From Candidatus Thalassarchaeaceae archaeon (GTDB lineage: Archaea; Thermoplasmatota; Poseidoniia; Poseidoniales; Thalassarchaeaceae): a stretch of DNA of 64,000 nt. The stretch lies in NCBI GenBank assembly GCA_023700255.1, contig JAJPRD010000004.1:12093-76092 (forward strand), read 5' to 3'. Below the pieces are notes generated by a model that was given only the letters and a program-made list of their open reading frames with translations, was not told the DNA's origin and did not search any database. Made by a program: the position numbers and the translations under genes. Below are positions 57,639-64,000 of this stretch, piece after piece (position 1 is the stretch's first letter; each line of letters opens with the position of its first letter).

Positions 57639-58178
57639 TTATTTTTCAATGAAAATATTCTCACGGTAGTAAGAAAGCTCATTGATACTCCCTCGTATAT
57701 CACCTAGTGCCCTATGTCCAGAGTTATTTTTCCATTTAGGCAGATCAGGATACCAACGCTTTGTTAATTCCTTGATACTTGTTACATCAACGCTACGATA
57801 ATGAAAGAAGGAGTGAAGAGTTGGCATATATTTTCGAAGGAAACGACGATCCTGTCCAATGGTATTACCACATAATGGAGGAACACCCGCCAAACAATGT
57901 AATTGAAGGAAATCAAGAGTAGCAATTTCTGCATCACTCATACTAGTATCGGAGTTTCTAACACGCTTTATTAAACCATTTTCAGTATGATGGGATACAT
58001 TCCATTCATCCATTTTTGCTAACTCTTCCTCAGGAACAGAAATTGCAAAACTTGGTCCTTCAGCAACTACAGAAAGATCTGCTTCAGTAACTATTGTTGC
58101 GATTTCAATAATTGTATTTTCTTCAGGATCTAGTCCTGTCATCTCGAGATCAATCCATACTAGGCGGTCTTCAACCAT
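57639..58178 (-). CDS. orn: oligoribonuclease (DEDDh 3'-5' exoribonuclease)
   Basis: 179 aa. Near-colinear with E. coli Orn as I recall it: LVWIDLEMTGLDPE, IIEIATIVT, CGNTIGQDRRFLRKYMP, FHYRSVDVTSIKEL, GHRALGDIRGSINEL. Confidence 0.92.
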   Translation of the reverse strand: MVEDRLVWIDLEMTGLDPEENTIIEIATIVTEADLSVVAEGPSFAISVPEEELAKMDEWNVSHHTENGLIKRVRNSDTSMSDAEIATLDFLQLHCLAGVPPLCGNTIGQDRRFLRKYMPTLHSFFHYRSVDVTSIKELTKRWYPDLPKWKNNSGHRALGDIRGSINELSYYRENIFIEK

Positions 58179-58244
58179 GATGCTGGCGAGAGCACTGTAG
58201 TCTTATCAGTTATGTTTGGGCATCAGTATGATAATGCATAAGTT

Positions 58245-59522
58245 ATGCGGGAGTATATGAGTAGTGTAGGGTATTTAGAAATCCTCAGAAAAAATCCCTC
58301 TTTTCGACGCTTATTTGTAGCGCAGGAAATATCCTATATTGGTGATTGGTTCACTGTTATTGCATTATTTATACTGGCAGGAGAAGCAACGGATAATTCG
58401 CCTTTGGCTATAGCTGGTGTTTTAGCATCAAGGAGCTTTTCATTAGCAGCAGTGACTCCATTTACTGGAATGTTTGCTGATCGCTACTCTCGTAAAGGAC
58501 TGATGATTAGTTCTAATCTTGCATCATCTATTGTTCTGGTTATAGTATTGAAATTTAATTTGCTAGATAGTTTATCTTCAGTGTATTTGTTAGCAGTTAC
58601 AATGGTCGCTGCTAAGTCTGTTTTCGACCCTGCCGAATATGCATATTTACCAAATATCTGCACAGATGAAGAATTACTAACTGCTAATGCTCTAGGTTCT
58701 GGAGGTTGGTCGATAGCATTAGGAATAGGAGCATCTGTAGGAGGATTCACTATCTCAAATTATGGAATAACTACAGCATTATGGATAGATGCACTAACTT
58801 TCCTAGGAGCTGCAATTTGTATCATGACACTTCCACAAGGTGGACCTGATATTAGTGAGCGTAAGAATGCGACACCAAGGGTTGTAACTAAAGAAATTAC
58901 AGATGGTTGGAAATATATTTTTCAAAAACCTGAAATTAGGAGATTAGTAATTGCTAAGGCACTCTGGTCATCAGGAGGAGGGGCACAAATATTTCTTTTG
59001 ATAATGATAGGAATGGAGGCAGGATTTGGAGATATGGCAGCAGGAATAGGTATTCTATTCATGGCCAGAGGTTTTGGATCTGGATTTGGCCCTATGGCTG
59101 GAAGACCACTGATGGCAAATAAGAAATTACAACCATATTTGATTGGTTTAGCAGTGGGAACTTCAGGAATTTTTTACATTATTATATCATTCATGGAATG
59201 GAGTAATTTACTTCTGGTTATGATATTCATAGCTCATGCTGCTAGTGGATTCAATTGGGTTCAATCAACAACTTTGACGCAAGAGCGTGCAGGAGATGAG
59301 TGGAGAGGAAGAGTTGCAGGAGCTGATTTCCTAGCATTGACTTTCATGATGGGAACATCTGCAATAACAGCAGGATTTATGCTTGAAAATGAGTTACTAG
59401 AATTAAGAGAAGTCATCGCTCTATCAGCGATTATTCAGATTATTATGGGAATTGGTTGGATTTTACTTGCTGCACCTAAAGAAAAGGCAATGTTTGACAA
59501 AGAACCGATAGTTAACCTATGA
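58245..59522 (+). CDS. MFS transporter
   Basis: 425 aa, about 12 TM. The loop motif GMFADRYSRKG resembles the MFS D-R-x-G-R-K signature. The ATG at 58257 is an alternative start. Confidence 0.85.
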   Translation: MREYMSSVGYLEILRKNPSFRRLFVAQEISYIGDWFTVIALFILAGEATDNSPLAIAGVLASRSFSLAAVTPFTGMFADRYSRKGLMISSNLASSIVLVIVLKFNLLDSLSSVYLLAVTMVAAKSVFDPAEYAYLPNICTDEELLTANALGSGGWSIALGIGASVGGFTISNYGITTALWIDALTFLGAAICIMTLPQGGPDISERKNATPRVVTKEITDGWKYIFQKPEIRRLVIAKALWSSGGGAQIFLLIMIGMEAGFGDMAAGIGILFMARGFGSGFGPMAGRPLMANKKLQPYLIGLAVGTSGIFYIIISFMEWSNLLLVMIFIAHAASGFNWVQSTTLTQERAGDEWRGRVAGADFLALTFMMGTSAITAGFMLENELLELREVIALSAIIQIIMGIGWILLAAPKEKAMFDKEPIVNL

Positions 59523-60360
59523 ATCGTTGTAATCCAATTAATACAATAATAGGCGCTATTGAGAAAATTATATCCCTCATAAGAGAGCGAGAAGATGCCT
59601 GAACCTGTTTAGTTATACGTTCCCTAATCTCATTGTCTATCCTGTCAATCATCCCAGAGGCAGGATCTTTAGCCTTAATCAAGACCTCTTCAAGCATATC
59701 AGCTCCTTTATCAAGAAGACTTGAAATTAGATCTTGTAATAGATTTGTTTTTTCAGGTTTATGAATTCCATCGGAATCTTCTGAAATTTCAATGATTTCT
59801 CTCCAAGGACGAGGTATGGTAAACTCATCTACTGTTTTAAGAAATTCACGCCCTATTACCGCCCCCTCAACAAGAACTTTTGCAGTAGTCAAGTTATACT
59901 TTGCAATAGCCTGAATATTTTTTCTTGAACGAGTGACTTTGCCAAAATCAACGAATAACCAAATAGTACCTGCTAATAGTAATAAAAATATTCCAAAATC
60001 AGGAGTCTCATCCCAACTTTTCCATCCAATATCTCCATTAATAACTAATCTTGCCGTTAATGCAATCAAAGCAGGTAAAATAAATGAAAGTACTTCATTC
60101 ATAACAATTTTCCAAAAACCATCAATTGGTAATTTCTTCATTCGTCCTAAAAACCATTTGACATGTTGAGTTCTATCTCCGGGTGGGGCGTATGTATTTA
60201 CTAAATCTATTAATGGTGGTGCAACAAGAATTAGTCGCAGTAAAAATGGAATTATGAGAAGTAATAAATATGCATCCCATGGCGAGGTTGGAGGTAAAGA
60301 TGGGAAATATATAGCATCTGACATAATATCGGCTGAAACATTGTCTACCATGAACATCAC
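59512..60360 (-). CDS. hypothetical membrane protein (282 aa)
   Basis: ORF with about 4 hydrophobic segments and a charged C-terminal soluble region. No recognisable family. It follows the 151-aa membrane ORF by 7 nt on the same strand. Confidence 0.55.
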   Translation of the reverse strand: MMFMVDNVSADIMSDAIYFPSLPPTSPWDAYLLLLIIPFLLRLILVAPPLIDLVNTYAPPGDRTQHVKWFLGRMKKLPIDGFWKIVMNEVLSFILPALIALTARLVINGDIGWKSWDETPDFGIFLLLLAGTIWLFVDFGKVTRSRKNIQAIAKYNLTTAKVLVEGAVIGREFLKTVDEFTIPRPWREIIEISEDSDGIHKPEKTNLLQDLISSLLDKGADMLEEVLIKAKDPASGMIDRIDNEIRERITKQVQASSRSLMRDIIFSIAPIIVLIGLQRFIG

Positions 60361-60367
60361 CCTCTAA

Positions 60368-60823
60368 CTATTTGTTCATTCTAGATAAGATATCTGCCTG
60401 GTTAGATGCAGTTCTAAGGAATAAAAGCGCTAAAATTGCAGAAGTTATGAAGGCCATCCCCATGAAATGGTGCGTATTAGTCATCAAAATAGCGATTCCT
60501 ATGATTGAAGAGAAAGAGATAACTTGACAAATAATCAATAGTCTCTCGAGCATAGCATATTCTAATTCGTTCATACCATCAAACTCTCGGATGTATGAAT
60601 TAATTAGGAAAAATATAGCTTGAAATGGAAGTGCAGCAGTCAATATCGTAAGCGCTGTAACTACAATCATATCAGGATTATTTTTATCTAATTCGAGACC
60701 TTGAAATAAAATATTACCTGTATTTAGACCAATTATGGACGCATGAATTGTCCATGCTTTGTCATAAGAAGGAGTGTTTTCACTAGTCGCACTAGACGCC
60801 ATAACAAGCATTGAACTTTCCAC
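60368..60823 (-). CDS. hypothetical membrane protein (151 aa, ~4 TM)
   Basis: ORF with regularly spaced hydrophobic helices. No recognisable family. Confidence 0.5.
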   Translation of the reverse strand: MESSMLVMASSATSENTPSYDKAWTIHASIIGLNTGNILFQGLELDKNNPDMIVVTALTILTAALPFQAIFFLINSYIREFDGMNELEYAMLERLLIICQVISFSSIIGIAILMTNTHHFMGMAFITSAILALLFLRTASNQADILSRMNK

Positions 60824-60905
60824 TATAGTTGAATATTACTCAGGATGGAACATATAATGTCAAGAAAAATAGATAGATGAAGACCAATCGAGTCTTTGAA
60901 AATAT

Positions 60906-61427
60906 TTATTCATACAGTGATGCATGCTTTGCTCTAGTTTTAGAGATTTTAGGATTCACAACCATTGCACAATAGGGATTATTAGGATTATTAGCAAAAT
61001 AATTATGATGATAGTCTTCAGCAATAAAGAAATTAATTAATGGGCTAACTTCAGTAACTATATCATCAACAAAATTTTGTTGAAGATAACCGATTACTTC
61101 ATCAACATCTAGTTTTTCTTCTTCATTTTTATAGAAAATAACGCTACGATAATGGTGGCCGACATCATTCCCTTGACGATTTAATTGAGTCGGATCGTGA
61201 CATGTGAAAAATACTTCAAGTAATATTCTCCGTGGAATAAGGGTCTCATCATAAGAAACCTCAACAACTTCTGCATGCCCTGTATTCTTACCACATACCT
61301 CTTCATAAGTTGGATTGTTAGTGTGTCCTCCACTATATCCTGGAATCACCTTATCTACTCCATGAAGCCCTAATAACGCACCCTCAACACACCAGAAACA
61401 TCCACCACCTAGAACTATAGTTTGCAT
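60906..61427 (-). CDS. msrA: peptide-methionine (S)-S-oxide reductase
   Basis: Active-site motif GGGCFWC, plus GHAEVVEV and YHQNY-like YHHNYF. I use Met11 (61427, MQTIVLGGGCFWC) because the track start at 61457 overlaps guaB. Confidence 0.9.
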   Translation of the reverse strand: MQTIVLGGGCFWCVEGALLGLHGVDKVIPGYSGGHTNNPTYEEVCGKNTGHAEVVEVSYDETLIPRRILLEVFFTCHDPTQLNRQGNDVGHHYRSVIFYKNEEEKLDVDEVIGYLQQNFVDDIVTEVSPLINFFIAEDYHHNYFANNPNNPYCAMVVNPKISKTRAKHASLYE

Positions 61428-61431
61428 CAAT

Positions 61432-62895
61432 TCACCTTCTATAGTTGGGGGCTTCACGAGTAATTTCTACATCATGAACATGTGATTCGGATAAACCTGC
61501 ATTTGTGATTCGAACAAAATCGCAGTTAACTTTCATAGAAGTAATATCATGATTCCCAGTATAACCCATACTTGAACGTAAACCACCGGTTAATTGATGG
61601 ATTACATTCTCAACTGGGCCTCTGGCAGGAACTCTTCCCTCAATCCCTTCTGGAACATATTTACTTGTATCGCCTTGCTCTGACTGGAAGTATCGATCAT
61701 GTGCACCTTTACTCATTGCACCTACTGAACCCATTCCGCGATATACCTTGTATGATCTTCCTTGGTAAAGAACGACTTCTCCGGGAGCCTCATCGGTTCC
61801 TGCAAGAACACTTCCCATCATTACACAATCTGCACCCGCTGCAATTGCTTTAGCAATATCTCCACTAAATTTAATTCCTCCATCAGCAATAACTGGAATA
61901 TTCGCCTTCTTACATACTGAAACAACGTTCTGTACAGCAGTTAATTGAGGAACTCCAACACCAGATACAATCCTAGTTGTACATATTGAACCTGGGCCTA
62001 TGCCAACTTTTACAGCGTTAGCACCAGCTGAAATCAGGGCCTCAGCTGCTGATCCGGTAGCCACATTACCTGCAATTATCTGAGCATCAGGACCTGCCTG
62101 CTCGCGAATCTGAGCAACTGTGTGTAAAACTCCATGTGAGTGACCATGCGCAGTATCAACTACAACTGCATCAGCACCCGCATCAAATAATGCTAAGGCT
62201 CTCATAACTCCCTTTTCACCAGTACCTGTTGCTGCAGCAACTCGTAAACGGCCATGTTCATCTTTACACGAATTAGGATTATCACGGCTACGTTGAATGT
62301 CTCTTACAGTCATCATCCCAGTGCATTTACCCTCTGAATCAACAACTAATAGTTTTTCAATACGATGTTGATGAAGTAATTTCTTAGCGAATTCAGGATC
62401 TACATGCGGAGGAACTGTCACCAAGTCAGTAGTCATCATTGAAGACACAAGCTGGCTATCGTCGTCTACGAATCGAATGTCACGATTAGTGATAATTCCA
62501 ACTAACATATCATTATCATCAATTACTGGCAATCCGGAAAAACCATGCTTATCTTTTAATCGGCGCATTTCTCCAATCGTGGTATCTGGTCTGATTGTAA
62601 TGGGATTAAGGACTAATCCAGATTCGAATCTCTTGACTGAATTAACCTTAGAGGCTTGTTCTTCTATAGTCATATTACGATGGATAACTCCTATTCCGCC
62701 TGCTTGAGCCAAAGCGATAGCCATACGAGATTCGGTCACAGTATCCATTGCCGCAGATAATATTGGTATGTTCAAAGAAATTGTAGATGTAAGCCTTGTT
62801 TTCAACTTCACTTGAGCTGGAAGTACATCTGATTCGGCAGGTAACAAAAGTACGTCATCAAAGGTCAGAGCCTCCGGTATGCTATCCTGTGCCAT
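61432..62895 (-). CDS. guaB: IMP dehydrogenase
   Basis: 487 aa. Catalytic loop [11 protein letters not shown], a CBS pair in the N-terminal third, [12 protein letters not shown] and GSVLAG. Confidence 0.95.
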   Translation of the reverse strand: MAQDSIPEALTFDDVLLLPAESDVLPAQVKLKTRLTSTISLNIPILSAAMDTVTESRMAIALAQAGGIGVIHRNMTIEEQASKVNSVKRFESGLVLNPITIRPDTTIGEMRRLKDKHGFSGLPVIDDNDMLVGIITNRDIRFVDDDSQLVSSMMTTDLVTVPPHVDPEFAKKLLHQHRIEKLLVVDSEGKCTGMMTVRDIQRSRDNPNSCKDEHGRLRVAAATGTGEKGVMRALALFDAGADAVVVDTAHGHSHGVLHTVAQIREQAGPDAQIIAGNVATGSAAEALISAGANAVKVGIGPGSICTTRIVSGVGVPQLTAVQNVVSVCKKANIPVIADGGIKFSGDIAKAIAAGADCVMMGSVLAGTDEAPGEVVLYQGRSYKVYRGMGSVGAMSKGAHDRYFQSEQGDTSKYVPEGIEGRVPARGPVENVIHQLTGGLRSSMGYTGNHDITSMKVNCDFVRITNAGLSESHVHDVEITREAPNYRR

Positions 62896-63012
62896 TAAAG
62901 ATGGCCTAGACCATTCCTATTTCAATGGTTCCATTATGGCATAACAAAAATCAATTCTAGAGAAAAATCCCTTAGATTTATGATGAATTAATAATTCATT
63001 TTTATAATGATT

Positions 63013-63603
63013 CTAATTTTGCTTACCTTCGATTGCAATGACTATCATCGCAGCACCTAATACTACTCTACGGTCCAACTGGTTTCCATCGGATATCTGT
63101 ACAGTAAGTTTCTGAATTATTGGATTCATTTTTTGTGTAAAAGTAATTGGTGATTGGCCCTGTACATCCATAGAGAATACCTGAGGTAAGGCGTACTTTG
63201 CGAATGGTACAATTCGGCGTATGATAGCATTCATCATGCTATCTTCTTTAATCTCGCCATATACTTGATTATCGGGGCCAAAGATTGAATAAGAGTCTTG
63301 AAATATTGATTTTCTAAAATTACGACGTACACCCCCCAAACTTTCACCTGTATTTGAATCTGTGAAATCATAATTCCCAGATAAATCAAAAATATTTCTA
63401 GCTTTAATAGTTAGAATTTCATTTGATTGTGATTCATCAGAAAACACTCTAATATCTTCCTTTATTTTGAGAGCTTTTTGTTTGGAATAACCTATCATTA
63501 CCTCTTGATTATCGTCAGTATAAATATGAAATTCTTCACCTAATATTTTCATTAATTTCTTCCTTATGAGGTAAGTATTTGCATTCAATAGGTCAGTCAT
63601 CAA
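63013..63603 (-). CDS. LURP-one-related / scramblase-like (tubby C-terminal-like fold, DUF567) protein
   Basis: 196 aa. The beta-rich repeating pattern (YLIRKKLMKILGEEFHIYTDDNQEVMIGYSKQKALKIKEDIRVFSD...) resembles YxjI/LOR family members. Assignment is by pattern only. Confidence 0.45.
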   Translation of the reverse strand: MMTDLLNANTYLIRKKLMKILGEEFHIYTDDNQEVMIGYSKQKALKIKEDIRVFSDESQSNEILTIKARNIFDLSGNYDFTDSNTGESLGGVRRNFRKSIFQDSYSIFGPDNQVYGEIKEDSMMNAIIRRIVPFAKYALPQVFSMDVQGQSPITFTQKMNPIIQKLTVQISDGNQLDRRVVLGAAMIVIAIEGKQN

Positions 63604-63727
63604 ACATGCCGTAGAACTAATTAGTCATAGTTTATTCGCCTACATGGAGATTTCATCATTATACATAGAATTGAAATCTAAACCACTATTGGATAACTTA
63701 TCTGACACCGCCCCTCTGTGGGCTGTG

Positions 63728-64000
63728 ATGTCGGAGTTGATACCCATGCAGAACCCTGTAACTAAAATTGAACCCCAAATAGCGGCACGTTTAGCTAAAC
63801 AAAGTTATCATCTCGTTGGCGAACATGGAGGAGTCAAAGTTTGTCATTGGACTAAACAAAGTCTTGTTGCTGACCGATCTTGTTACAAGGGTACTTTCTA
63901 TGGTATTCAGAGCCATGGTTGTATGCAAATGGCACCTAATGTAGATACCTGTAATCTAGCATGCACATACTGTTGGAGAGAACCGCATTCAGATACTTTA
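63728..64000 (+). CDS. taw1: tRNA 4-demethylwyosine synthase (Taw1/TYW1, radical SAM), N-terminal 91 aa; continues past the right window edge
   Basis: Not in the ORF track because it has no in-window stop. My translation from the ATG at 63728 gives MSELIPMQNPVTKIEPQIAARLAKQSYHLVGEHGGVKVCHWTKQSLVADRSCYKGTFYGIQSHGCMQMAPNVDTCNLACTYCWREPHSDTL. It contains the conserved V-K-x-C-H-W-x-K and CYK..FYGI.SH stretches and the CxxxCxxC radical-SAM cluster motif. Confidence 0.85.
   Translation, partial: MSELIPMQNPVTKIEPQIAARLAKQSYHLVGEHGGVKVCHWTKQSLVADRSCYKGTFYGIQSHGCMQMAPNVDTCNLACTYCWREPHSDTL

Noticed and set aside
62984-62998. 15-bp palindrome TGAATTA-A-TAATTCA upstream of guaB, next to an ATGATGA (C-box-like) heptamer at 62979-62985
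   Set aside because: It is AT-only sequence in an AT-rich promoter region. Palindromes of this size are expected by chance and may simply be TATA/BRE context. No matching D box (CTGA) or terminal stem was found, so a C/D-box sRNA is not supported.
63648-63679. Inverted repeat AGATTTCA-N16-TGAAATCT flanking a TATA-like TTATACATA between the LOR-like gene and taw1
   Set aside because: It could be an operator over a shared divergent promoter. However, it has 8-bp AT-rich arms, occurs only once in the window and has no supporting conservation data. It is too weak to call.

Overview
Dense (about 95% coding), low-GC chromosomal segment. It is almost certainly archaeal. Archaeal markers present are RadA, RNA polymerase subunit K, Hel308, KEOPS Cgi121, an NFACT/Rqc2 homolog, wyosine enzymes Taw1 and Taw2, and an initiator tRNA with an A1:U72 pair. 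The gene content points to an aerobic, protein-degrading planktonic archaeon. That content includes aconitase, a two-subunit 2-oxoacid:ferredoxin oxidoreductase, heme O and heme A synthases, many peptidases, and several huge membrane-anchored surface proteins. Assignment to a Marine Group II/Poseidoniales-like Thermoplasmatota lineage is inference only. I support about 50 CDS and 2 tRNAs (Gln-CTG and initiator Met-CAT). I also support one in-frame 4x21-bp tandem repeat and one large intragenic module repeat. I found no rRNA, CRISPR array, transposase, integrase, or ORF-free gap longer than about 140 bp. I did not find a clear-cut new multi-gene system. The items most worth a second look are listed here. 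(1) A furin/kexin-like S8B protease whose whole-protein layout mirrors eukaryotic proprotein convertases. (2) A two-TM protein with a cytoplasmic RGG/RS-like tail encoded by near-perfect GC-rich 21-bp repeats. (3) A co-directional cluster of a membrane-tethered double-wHTH regulator, a small acidic ORF and a beta-propeller lipoprotein. (4) A wHTH / NB-ARC-like ATPase / TPR protein abutting a pair of stand-alone RAM-domain genes. (5) An orphan protein of about 1000 aa with no recognisable domain. (6) Convergent genes that systematically abut or overlap, leaving no intergenic room for terminators. All family calls come from motif recognition by eye, not from database searches.
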